A stretch of 26,283 nucleotides of DNA from Promethearchaeota archaeon (GCA_048941265.1 JBHLNT010000048.1:1-26283), one strand, 5' to 3'; shown: positions 17,328 through 26,283, numbered from the stretch's first letter. The notes: generated by a model from the sequence alone, not told the origin. Program-made: numbers and translations.

Positions 17328-17728
17328 ATAATTGTTTTTCTTTATAATAGATAAAATTCCTTACATAAAATGCGATAACACTATATTTCGAATAGCTTGG
17401 ACGAGTTGCAATTTTAATTTTAAGAGATTCTAATGTATATTGTGGATGATCGTTTAATGGAGACTCCCAAATACCGTATCTTCTTACTTTTATTGAATTT
17501 ATTAAAGTTAAACATAAATTTGGGGAAATTTAAGGGAATTAATTGAAATTAGAAAAGCTTAGTTTGAAAAATAAAATTGTTTCAACTTAAATTTCAAAAT
17601 TTCAGTTAAATTTATAGTATCATAAAATTCAAAATAACATTTTAATAATTTATAACCACCTTTTTTTAATACCAACTGATATATTTCAATTTTAGAACAA
17701 GTAATTAAATTATTAAAAATGGTGCTTA

Positions 17729-19114
17729 ATGCAAAATAATACACTTCTCAATGAAAAAAGCAATAATATGTTTATTTATTTTATTGCAGCAGTATCTGGA
17801 ATAAGTGGTATGCTATTTGGGTATGATACGGGAGTCATATCTGGCGCAATTCTTTTTATCAGATCAGAATTTAATTTATCTCCCTTTTTAACTGGATTAG
17901 TTGTTAGTGCTGTATTGATAGGTGCTGTTATAGGAGCGTTTTTAGGGGGATATATGGCAGAAAATTATGGCAGAAAGAAAGTAATTATTTTTGCTGCCAT
18001 TATTTTCATCTTTGGTGCTATTTTTACAGCCATAACACCAGATATAATCTTTTTAATTTTTGGGAGGATTATCGTTGGTATTGCAATTGGTATTGCGTCG
18101 TTTACAGCACCGTTATATATCTCAGAAGCATCTCCCCCCCATATTCGGGGAGCGTTAGTTTCGTTTAATCAATTAGCTATTACCATTGGGATCGTAATTT
18201 CTTATTTAGTTGATTTTTCTTTAGCTCCAATTCAAGGATGGCGTTATATGTTTGGTTTAGCTGTGATTCCCGGTGCAATATTACTAATAGGTATGTTTTT
18301 TCTCCCCGAAAGTCCTAGATGGTTAGTGCATCATGGAGATATAAAAGACGGACGAAAAGTATTGCAGCGTATAAGAGATAATACAAATATTGAAGTCGAA
18401 TTAAATGAAATTCAAACTAGTTTAGAACAAGAGAAAGGGGGTAGATCTGAATTATTGAATCCAAAAAACAAACCCGCATTAATAATTGGTATAGCTTTAG
18501 CGATATTCCAACAAGTCACAGGTATTAACACTGTAATATATTATGCTCCTATAATCTTTCAATATGCGGGATTCAAATCATCATCAGCAGCAATTATTGC
18601 GACAATAGGCGTTGGACTTGTAAATGTTGGAATGACTATTGTTTCTATTAAATTACTAGACCGAGTTGGACGCCGACCTTTACTTTTGGTTGGTTTAGCG
18701 GGGATGTCTGCAACTTTGATATTGCTTGGAATTATTTTCTTTTTACCGAGTCTAATATCTCTTATAGGTCCATTAGCTGCCATTAGCCTTATGCTTTACG
18801 TTGCGTTCTTTGCAATTGGGTTAGGACCTGTATTTTGGTTATTAATCTCAGAGATATATCCACTAAAAATACGAGGAACTGCAATGAGTATTGTAACTGA
18901 GGCAAATTGGGGAGCAAATTTGGTAATCGCATTAACTTTTCTTTTATTAATTCAATCCATAGGGAAGTCTGGTACTTTTTGGCTGTATGCAGGAGTAGGA
19001 ATAATGGCATTTATCTTTACATTTTATTATGTACCAGAAACTAAAAATCAAACTTTAGAAGAAATTGAAGAACATTGGCGGAAAGGAAAACATCCTCTAG
19101 AATTAGGAAAATAA
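17729..19114 (+). CDS. Sugar porter family MFS transporter (GalP/XylE-like)
   Basis: LFGYDTGVISGA, YGRK, YISE...RG, PESPRWL, QQVTGINTVIYYAP, DRVGRRPLLL, SEIYP, PETK motifs. Confidence 0.95.
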   Translation: MQNNTLLNEKSNNMFIYFIAAVSGISGMLFGYDTGVISGAILFIRSEFNLSPFLTGLVVSAVLIGAVIGAFLGGYMAENYGRKKVIIFAAIIFIFGAIFTAITPDIIFLIFGRIIVGIAIGIASFTAPLYISEASPPHIRGALVSFNQLAITIGIVISYLVDFSLAPIQGWRYMFGLAVIPGAILLIGMFFLPESPRWLVHHGDIKDGRKVLQRIRDNTNIEVELNEIQTSLEQEKGGRSELLNPKNKPALIIGIALAIFQQVTGINTVIYYAPIIFQYAGFKSSSAAIIATIGVGLVNVGMTIVSIKLLDRVGRRPLLLVGLAGMSATLILLGIIFFLPSLISLIGPLAAISLMLYVAFFAIGLGPVFWLLISEIYPLKIRGTAMSIVTEANWGANLVIALTFLLLIQSIGKSGTFWLYAGVGIMAFIFTFYYVPETKNQTLEEIEEHWRKGKHPLELGK

Positions 19115-19125
19115 AGTGATAGAAA

Positions 19126-21561
19126 ATGGAAAAGTTAAAAATTGATAATAATCCCCCTGGTTATCCAGGAGTAAATCCTAGTTGGAGTATAAGCTCTAAA
19201 GATGGAGTAGGCACTGCTAATTCAATAGGTAATAGACTCTGGTTTACAATTTCAAAAGGAATTATCAATGAAATTTATTATCCAAGAATAGATCAAGCAA
19301 ATATTAAAGATATGCAGTTTCTCATCTCAAGTGAACCAGACATATTTGAAGATGAGAAAAAACTTTGCACACATCAAATATTACCAATAAAACAAGGTGT
19401 TCCAGCATTTAATATTACTAATAAATCAATAAATGGTATATGTGAAATAAATAAAATTGTCTTGACTGATCCAAGGAGGGAAGTATTAATCCAAAAAGTT
19501 CAATTTAAACCTCTCAAAGGAGTATTAAGTGATTATCATTTATATGTAATTTTAACTCCTCATATTAAAAATTGTGGATTTGGTAATAATGGATGGATGG
19601 GGGATTATAAGGGGATCCCAATGTTGTTCGCTCAACGCGATGATGTATCTCTTGCGCTTGCTTGTTCGATACCTTTTATTAATATGAGTTGTGGTTATGT
19701 TGGTTTTAGTGATGGATGGCAAGATATCAGTAAAAATAAAAGATTGACTAAATGTTATTCCAAAGCTATTGATGGAAATATTGCTCTAACTGGTGAAATT
19801 GATCTGTCAATTTCAAAGGGCGAATTTATTATAGTCTTAGCTTTTGGAAATAATGCTGCAGAAGCAGGACAATTAGCACGCACTACATTAATTAAAAATT
19901 TTGACCAAATGTTGTCTGAATTTAAAAAATCTTGGGAAAAATTTCAAAAGAAGTGTTTAAATTTAAGAAACTTAGGTGAAAAAGAAATTGATATATACAG
20001 GATAAGTACTTCAGTTCTGAAAACGCATATGGATAAGCGTTTTAGTGATGGCATAATTGCGAGTCTTTCAATACCATGGGGTTTTTCAAAAGGAGATAAT
20101 GATTTGGGAGGTTATCACTTAATATGGCCACGAGATTTGGTTGAGATTGCTGGTGGTTTACTAGCCGCAGGAGATACTTCTTCTGCACGCCAGATTCTCC
20201 TCTATCTTATGAGTACTCAAGAAGCAGATGGACATTGGCCTCAAAATATGTGGCTTGACGGAACAAGTTATTGGCAAGGAATACAAATGGATGAGACGGC
20301 CTTTCCTATATTGCTTGCTAATGCTCTTAAGCAAAATAATGAATTATATGATTTAGATATATGGCCCATGGTGAAGCAAGCAGCAAGCTTCTTGGTATGT
20401 AATGGTCCTGTGTCTCAGGAAGACCGTTGGGAGGAGGATGCAGGATATTCCCCTTTCACTCTTGCTGTTGAAATTTCAGCCCTTTTAGCTGCTGCTGAAT
20501 TTGCTGAAGAAGCTGGGGAACATCAAATCGCAAAATTCTTAACCGAAACTGCTGATATGTGGAATTCTAAGATTGAGCAATGGACTTATATCAAAAATAC
20601 TAAAATTTCAAAAAAATTAAATATCGAGGGCTACTATGTTAGAATCGGCCCTAAAAATACAGCAGATGCAGCATCGCCACTAAATGGTTATGTTCCAATC
20701 AAAAATAAACCACCCAACCAAAGTAAAGCTTTGTTTGAATATATCGTTAGCCCCGATGCATTAGCGCTAGTGAGATTTGGATTACGAAGTGCTAATGATC
20801 CACGTATTATTAATACTGTTAAAGTCATTGATTCTTTACTAAAAACAGAAACAAAAACTGGTCCTGTTTGGTATCGATATAATCAAGATGGGTATGGTGA
20901 GCATGAAAATGGTGATCCTTTTGATGGTACGGGGATTGGTCGAGGTTGGCCTTTATTGGTAGGAGAACGTGCACATTATGAATTAGCAAGAGGAAATATC
21001 TCAGAAGCAAAATTCTTATGTAAAGTAATAGAAAGACAAACGGGTCCAGGAGGATTAATTCCAGAACAAATCTGGGATTCAGAAGATATACCTGAAAAAG
21101 ATCTCTTTAATGGGCATCCAACAGGATCTGCTATGCCCTTGGTATGGGCTCATGCTGAATATATAAAATTATTGCATTCTATCCATAAAGGAAGTGTTTT
21201 TGACATGCCAAAACAGACATTTAAACGTTATATTACAGGAGATATCTCATCAAATCTTTCAAAATGGAGTTTTAATCATAAAAGTCGCCAGATTGCATTC
21301 GGTAAACAATTAAGAATCGAACTATTATCTCCAGCAATAATCCATTGGACAATAGACGATTGGGCTTCAAGTCAAGAGCTAAAAACAATTGATTCTGAAT
21401 TAGGAATTCATTACGGTGATCTCCCTATTAGTAATCTTGCTGAAGGCATAAAAATAATCTTTACATTTTATTGGATAAATTCAGAAAATTGGGAAAATAA
21501 AAATTTTGAAGTTGTAATTAAAAAATCAAAACAAAAAGAGCTTATTATGGAAACATTGTGA
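19126..21561 (+). CDS. Glucan 1,4-alpha-glucosidase / glucoamylase (GH15 with glucodextranase-like N-terminal domain)
   Basis: K.GVGTA, EIYYP, ASLSIPWG, GGYHLIWPRD, QMDET, DRWEE (acid), RYNQDGYG, GRGWPLL.GER, PEQIWD (base), SAMPLVWAHAEY motifs; no obvious signal peptide. Confidence 0.94.
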   Translation: MEKLKIDNNPPGYPGVNPSWSISSKDGVGTANSIGNRLWFTISKGIINEIYYPRIDQANIKDMQFLISSEPDIFEDEKKLCTHQILPIKQGVPAFNITNKSINGICEINKIVLTDPRREVLIQKVQFKPLKGVLSDYHLYVILTPHIKNCGFGNNGWMGDYKGIPMLFAQRDDVSLALACSIPFINMSCGYVGFSDGWQDISKNKRLTKCYSKAIDGNIALTGEIDLSISKGEFIIVLAFGNNAAEAGQLARTTLIKNFDQMLSEFKKSWEKFQKKCLNLRNLGEKEIDIYRISTSVLKTHMDKRFSDGIIASLSIPWGFSKGDNDLGGYHLIWPRDLVEIAGGLLAAGDTSSARQILLYLMSTQEADGHWPQNMWLDGTSYWQGIQMDETAFPILLANALKQNNELYDLDIWPMVKQAASFLVCNGPVSQEDRWEEDAGYSPFTLAVEISALLAAAEFAEEAGEHQIAKFLTETADMWNSKIEQWTYIKNTKISKKLNIEGYYVRIGPKNTADAASPLNGYVPIKNKPPNQSKALFEYIVSPDALALVRFGLRSANDPRIINTVKVIDSLLKTETKTGPVWYRYNQDGYGEHENGDPFDGTGIGRGWPLLVGERAHYELARGNISEAKFLCKVIERQTGPGGLIPEQIWDSEDIPEKDLFNGHPTGSAMPLVWAHAEYIKLLHSIHKGSVFDMPKQTFKRYITGDISSNLSKWSFNHKSRQIAFGKQLRIELLSPAIIHWTIDDWASSQELKTIDSELGIHYGDLPISNLAEGIKIIFTFYWINSENWENKNFEVVIKKSKQKELIMETL

Positions 21562-21569
21562 AAAAAATA

Positions 21570-23240
21570 TTAGAATTTAAATATTGCTCCTTCAGCCGCA
21601 GAAGAGACGAGCATTTTGTATTTTAATAGAGCTCTGCTTTTGATAATCCTTTCAAATGGTTTCCATTGCGTGAATCGTTCTTGAATCTCAGTATCCGAAA
21701 TATCTACTTCAATTTTTCTTGCTGGTATGTCAATTCTAATTCTATCACCATTTTGTACTACTGCAATAGGACCACCTATATATGCTTCTGGGCTCACATG
21801 GCCAATACAAGGTCCTGATGTAGCACCTGAAAAACGACCATCTGTAACTAAAGCTACGCGATCTAAATTCTGTTTTAGCATAAGCATGGCAGTAACTGCT
21901 AATAATTCTGGCATTCCAGGTCCTCCCTTAGGTCCTTCATATCTAATTATTAACGCTGAACCATTTTCTACAATATTTTGCGAAATTGCATCAATTACTT
22001 CTTGTTCAGAATTGAAACATAAAGCAGGGCCCTCAAAAGTTAACATATTTTTATCCTTAATAGCAGATTGTTTTACTACAGCACCTTGAGGTGCTAAATT
22101 TCCCTTTAATACCACAGTGCCTCCTTTTGGATAAATAGGATTGTCTAGAGGTCTAATCACATTATCATCTAATACATTCATTCTCCTTATTTGCTTAGCA
22201 ATGGTTTTTCCTGAAACTGTAAGACAATCTAAATTAAGAAAATCTTTCAATCTATTTAATACTGCAGGAATTCCTCCTGCTTTATAAAGGTCTACTATGC
22301 CATATTCTCCCGATGGAGAAACATTGACGATTGTTGGAATTTTCTCACTGTATTCATTGAACATTTCTAAATCAAAATCAATACCCCTTTCATGTGCAAT
22401 TGCTGGAAGATGCAGTGCTGAATTTGTAGATCCTCCGATTGCCACATCGACCATCACGGCGTTTTCAAAAGATTTCTGAGTAATTATTTTAGATGGAGTT
22501 AGGTCTTGTTTCAATATTTCAATAATTTGTCTTCCAGAATTTTTTGCAATTAGGTATTTCATTCTTGTCATAGCAGGAGTTGTAGCTGCATTAGGTAATG
22601 TCATTCCAAATGCTTCCATCAAGCATTGTATAGTATTTGCCGTCCCCATAACCTCACATGCTCCATATGTGGCACAGCTTATGCATTTTAGTTTATGATC
22701 GAGATCTTCATAATTTCCTTGTTCAATTCCCACATAATCAGGAGTAAATCTTACTTCATAAAAACTCGGTCCTCCTGGGACACAAATAGTTGGAATATCT
22801 AATCTTATAGCTGCCATCAAAATAGCAGGATTAATTTTATCGCATCCTGATAATGTGACCATTGCGTCTAATCTATGAGCTTCCACCATTAATTCAATTG
22901 AATCTGCAATAACTTCCCTCTGTGGTAGAATATGGTGCATCCCCTCGTTGCCATTAGCCCATCCATCGCACGGACCAACAGTACAAAATTCAAATGGAAT
23001 ACCACCTGCCTCAGCTATACCTAGTTTAACAGCTTCAGCTAAATCCTTTAAATGTTTATGTCCCGGATTAAGTTCATTCCATGTGTTAACTATGCCAATA
23101 AAAGGTTTATTATAAATATCTTTATCTTCTAAACCCAAACTTTCAATTATACCTAAAGTAACATAATTGAATGGTGTTTTTTTTATTCCTTCAAAAATGG
23201 TATTGCTTCTTTTCTTTAAACTACTTTTTTTATCAACCAT
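21570..23240 (-). CDS. IlvD/Edd family dehydratase (dihydroxy-acid or sugar-acid dehydratase)
   Basis: NPGH.HL, CDG, GCDK, GAC..MGTANT, GGSTN..LHL.AIA, GNLAP.GAVVK, YEGPKGGPGMPE, TDGRFSGA, GHVSPEA motifs. Confidence 0.93.
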   Translation of the reverse strand: MVDKKSSLKKRSNTIFEGIKKTPFNYVTLGIIESLGLEDKDIYNKPFIGIVNTWNELNPGHKHLKDLAEAVKLGIAEAGGIPFEFCTVGPCDGWANGNEGMHHILPQREVIADSIELMVEAHRLDAMVTLSGCDKINPAILMAAIRLDIPTICVPGGPSFYEVRFTPDYVGIEQGNYEDLDHKLKCISCATYGACEVMGTANTIQCLMEAFGMTLPNAATTPAMTRMKYLIAKNSGRQIIEILKQDLTPSKIITQKSFENAVMVDVAIGGSTNSALHLPAIAHERGIDFDLEMFNEYSEKIPTIVNVSPSGEYGIVDLYKAGGIPAVLNRLKDFLNLDCLTVSGKTIAKQIRRMNVLDDNVIRPLDNPIYPKGGTVVLKGNLAPQGAVVKQSAIKDKNMLTFEGPALCFNSEQEVIDAISQNIVENGSALIIRYEGPKGGPGMPELLAVTAMLMLKQNLDRVALVTDGRFSGATSGPCIGHVSPEAYIGGPIAVVQNGDRIRIDIPARKIEVDISDTEIQERFTQWKPFERIIKSRALLKYKMLVSSAAEGAIFKF

Positions 23241-23249
23241 TTTTATCTC

Positions 23250-23293
23250 TTATTCTCTTATGAAAATCAAGCTTATTTTATATGAGGGAATAA
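23250..23293. promoter_or_regulatory. Long imperfect inverted repeat in the divergent dehydratase/RraA promoter region
   Basis: TTATTCTCTTAT (23250-23261) against ATGAGGGAATAA (23282-23293), 10/12 matched; inner AAAAT/ATTTT pair. Confidence 0.45.
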
Positions 23294-23354
23294 TCAAATT
23301 AATATCATTTTAAAAATTTTCTTTAGTATATTCTAAACGATACTTGATTATGTC

Positions 23355-24035
23355 GTGAGAGATATGGATAAGAAAAAATTAGAATCTTTATTAAATGAAT
23401 ACTCTAAACTCTACACACCAGCTGTTTCTGATGCTATTGATGAATTAGGACTTGAACCGGGATTTATAGATGCGGGGATAAGGCCTATGTGGAATGGTGC
23501 TAGAATGATGGGGCTTGCAGGAACGATGAAAATGGTACTTTCTGATGAACCACTTGATAGGGATGTGATTGCTCGCATGATTAAGTTCATTAAGCTAGTT
23601 CCAAATTTTCCTATTATATGTATAGACATGAGCGGCGAAATGATCGCAGCTGGGTTAGGACAGAGTACTAGTAGAATTCTACAAGGTTTAGGATTTAGAG
23701 GAGGACTTGTGGATGGTCCAGTCCGAGATATTCCACAAGTTTCTGATTTAAAATTTCCAATATTTGCTCGAGGTATTATATGTTCTTCAATTCGCAGCCG
23801 AATGATTATTGATATGGATTTAGTAATGCATCCAATAAAGTGTGGGGGAAGAACAATAAATCCTGGAGATTTTATATTTGGTGATATCAATGGTGTTGTG
23901 ATAATAAATTCATCTAAAATTGAGGTTGTATTGGAAAAAGCAAAAGAAATTATTTCTACCGATAAGTGGTGGTTTGAACAACTCGAAAAAGGACGCAGTC
24001 CTATTGATATTGAAAAAGAGAGGGAGTTACCTTAG
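23355..24035 (+). CDS. RraA family / HMG-CHA aldolase-like protein
   Basis: T.AVSDA.D, G.A.T, G.LVDGPVRD, FPIFARG, I.PGDFIFGDINGVVII motifs. Start is GTG 23355 or ATG 23364. Confidence 0.88.
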   Translation: MRDMDKKKLESLLNEYSKLYTPAVSDAIDELGLEPGFIDAGIRPMWNGARMMGLAGTMKMVLSDEPLDRDVIARMIKFIKLVPNFPIICIDMSGEMIAAGLGQSTSRILQGLGFRGGLVDGPVRDIPQVSDLKFPIFARGIICSSIRSRMIIDMDLVMHPIKCGGRTINPGDFIFGDINGVVIINSSKIEVVLEKAKEIISTDKWWFEQLEKGRSPIDIEKERELP

Positions 24036-24067
24036 AAATAGAGCATGCTTTTAAAACATACTAATCC

Positions 24068-26283
24068 TTAAAGTTTTAAATTTTGGATTTTCCAAGCACC
24101 TATTATTGATGTTTTATTCCTTAATTCTTTTATTACGTTAAAATTGAAATCTATTTCTTTTAAACTATTGTCAATCAATGTTCCTTCTATTGTAATTTTC
24201 TTTATTTCGTTACTTGGATTTAATATCCTTAAAAAAGAACCATTATCTCGTCTCCATAGATTAATTAAGGAAATCTCGGGATTTATGGAGATCCATGAAT
24301 CAGATTTTTTCACATAATCGTGTTTTCCTTGAATAGTAGTCCCTAATAATTTGAATTTATATGTATTTACTTGCTGATAAGCCGTGAAAAAATTTTTATC
24401 GTGTAGTATTGATATTGAAAATTCGTATTTCCCCTTTTTCTTTATTAAATTGCGAAATTCAAAATTGTTACGATTAATCATAAATTGCTGGCTATTCTTT
24501 TGAATATAAAGGATGCTTTTATCATCTCCCACTAACCATAGAAAGTCTAAAGTTTGAATATTTGATCTTTTTGTTTCTTCAATTCCAAATGGATAGTTTA
24601 TTAGAGATTCTAAAATTTTAAAGGAAGGAATAACTATAATTTCTTCCAAAAACTCAGAATTTAAAACATACTCTAATCTGTTAACTTCCTTATATTGATG
24701 AATCTCAATAGTGAAAGTTTTATTTCGAATTTCGCCTTGAATAATTATTTTTTTCTCAATTTCATTTTGAACTTGAGTAATTAAGGATAAAGTATAATCA
24801 TATGACGAGCCTAATTTTAGTCTATAAACCTCGTGATTTTTAAACCTTATTTCAATTGTTTGATTATCCTCCAAGATTATTATATCATAAAGAAAATTAT
24901 GATCTGAATCATATCTTGTTTGATTTTTTTTAATTAAGGAATAGATCTTATATCCCATTGATGGAATGTTGGGAATGAATTTTATTGTAGAATCCTGATA
25001 GATAAAATCCAATGATTCTCCCTTTTCATCAACCAATACTCTTTTAGAAGCATTTTTTAATTGCAACGGAACAAAGACTATATCCTGCCGAGTATAGATT
25101 GTTGGATTTAGGATGAATATATCAAAACAATTATTTTCTTTTATCTCTGAGTTTATCGTAAGAATATCAATTATTTTTTTTAAGCTCTTATTTATAAAAC
25201 TATCACATTCATTAATGATCTGTCTTTGAATTTTAATACTTAAATCGGAGATCGTGGTTTTTTCAGCAGATATCTCTAATTTTTCATATTCTTTCTTACT
25301 CAACTGCTGAGCAGAATAATCCCCAGGTTTAACGTAAGGTACAGCATAATTATCATGGGCTTGAGCAACTAGTAGTTTTTTCCATAAGTCATCTAATAGA
25401 GAATCATTAGAATCTTCATTCAATCGACCTAAAATGCAATTAATTATCTCAGATGTAATTAACGCAGCTTCACATCTTTTATTGTTTAAAAATAATTCAC
25501 TTCGAATAAAAATGTATTCTCCTAATGAAAATTCATCTCTGCTATATCTAAATTCTCCATCTGTTTTGATAAGATCAAATATCTCCGAGCAAGAAACAAA
25601 TTTTCCAAATATTTCAGAGTATGATGATAATCGCCAAACGTCCTCCTGAAAAGGTAATGGATTAACAAAATCCTCTATTGATGAGAAAATAAGATGTTTC
25701 ATAAAGGGACGGGAGACAGCTTGAAATAATAACTCAGGAAGTTCTTTAAAGAAAGTTCCATGCCAATATTCTCCATTAAAGATGCCAGATTGATCAGTTA
25801 TAGTCGTGATTCTTGAATTATCTAATCCTACCCAAGTAATTTTCCCTGAATTGGTAGATGGACATGTACCTAATAATCTTGTTCTAAGAGAGCAAAATTC
25901 TATGTTAAAATTTTTTAGGATCTGAGGAATCTGAGGATGAAGTGAAACTTCTGAACAATAATAATTATTGCAACTTAATCCTAAATGATTTAATACCTTT
26001 AATCCAAATTCAAATTGTTTAATATTTGACTCCTCACCAATAATTAAATTGTAAGGCTGCGAATATGAAGGATTAATAATTTCAAAGCGCCCTTTGTTAA
26101 ATAAGTCTAAGAATTGCGCCATTTCTTTAGGAAAGTGATATTTTAACCATTCAAAACAACATATTGCGATTTCAATATCATAAGGCATATTGGTTTCAAT
26201 AGCCATTTTCATTCTATCTATTAAACGATCTAAGGCAAATTTGGGTGAATCAAATTCACAAAAACCAATATCATTTATTATAA
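24068..26283 (-). CDS. Divergent GH38 (alpha-mannosidase)-like glycoside hydrolase, probably 5'-truncated by the window edge
   Basis: Frame is open from the edge (IINDIGFCEFDSPKFALDRLIDR precedes the track's Met). Motifs GEESNIKQF..G, HPQIPQIL, W.GLD.SRI, LL.AQAHD, NP..Y.R, IPSMGY, LRILNP. Confidence 0.7.
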   Translation of the reverse strand, partial: IINDIGFCEFDSPKFALDRLIDRMKMAIETNMPYDIEIAICCFEWLKYHFPKEMAQFLDLFNKGRFEIINPSYSQPYNLIIGEESNIKQFEFGLKVLNHLGLSCNNYYCSEVSLHPQIPQILKNFNIEFCSLRTRLLGTCPSTNSGKITWVGLDNSRITTITDQSGIFNGEYWHGTFFKELPELLFQAVSRPFMKHLIFSSIEDFVNPLPFQEDVWRLSSYSEIFGKFVSCSEIFDLIKTDGEFRYSRDEFSLGEYIFIRSELFLNNKRCEAALITSEIINCILGRLNEDSNDSLLDDLWKKLLVAQAHDNYAVPYVKPGDYSAQQLSKKEYEKLEISAEKTTISDLSIKIQRQIINECDSFINKSLKKIIDILTINSEIKENNCFDIFILNPTIYTRQDIVFVPLQLKNASKRVLVDEKGESLDFIYQDSTIKFIPNIPSMGYKIYSLIKKNQTRYDSDHNFLYDIIILEDNQTIEIRFKNHEVYRLKLGSSYDYTLSLITQVQNEIEKKIIIQGEIRNKTFTIEIHQYKEVNRLEYVLNSEFLEEIIVIPSFKILESLINYPFGIEETKRSNIQTLDFLWLVGDDKSILYIQKNSQQFMINRNNFEFRNLIKKKGKYEFSISILHDKNFFTAYQQVNTYKFKLLGTTIQGKHDYVKKSDSWISINPEISLINLWRRDNGSFLRILNPSNEIKKITIEGTLIDNSLKEIDFNFNVIKELRNKTSIIGAWKIQNLKL

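Noticed and set aside
17559-17744. 61-aa minus-strand ORF in the intergenic gap
   Set aside because: Low-complexity AT-rich translation with no motif, overlapping the sugar porter start.
407-25649. Short track ORFs overlapping larger genes (e.g. 407-637, 511-768, 3589-3900, 5232-5534, 7908-8219, 14969-15295, 21727-22089, 23411-23890, 25434-25649)
   Set aside because: They are antisense or alternate-frame shadows of well-supported genes, with no recognisable motifs.
1-26283. CRISPR arrays, tRNA/rRNA genes, IS elements, prophage or defence systems
   Set aside because: No regularly spaced repeats, GC-rich structured RNA segments, transposase or integrase ORFs were seen by eye. DUF429 alone is not evidence of a defence system.

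Overview
AT-rich (about 30% GC by eye), densely coding window. Gene content and promoter style (TATA-like boxes, short or absent leaders, tungsten AOR, HypB) suggest an anaerobic archaeon, possibly Asgard/Lokiarchaeia; this is an inference, as no marker gene is present. There are 21 CDSs, two of them cut by the window edges, and no rRNA, tRNA, CRISPR array or transposase was seen. Left half: FAD-oxidoreductase start, an unknown duplicated-domain coiled-coil protein, D-cysteine desulfhydrase-like enzyme, degenerate CPBP protein, hypB coupled to a hexapeptide-repeat gene, a GC-rich MBL hydrolase, DUF429, acyltransferase-3, PepD, an orphan receiver and a polyprenyl synthase. Right half: a carbohydrate-rich neighbourhood (AOR, GPH transporter, B12 radical SAM, ChbG deacetylase, sugar porter plus GH15, IlvD/Edd dehydratase, RraA-like aldolase, GH38-like hydrolase). 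Best leads: (1) a possible non-phosphorylative sugar-acid pathway, dehydratase -> RraA-type aldolase -> AOR; (2) the polyprenyl synthase is 120 codons longer than the ORF track shows and has no ATG/GTG/TTG start, with ATA the likely start; (3) a protein with a tandem-duplicated domain plus 15 consecutive heptads; (4) HypB lacking the conserved Cys-His histidine.
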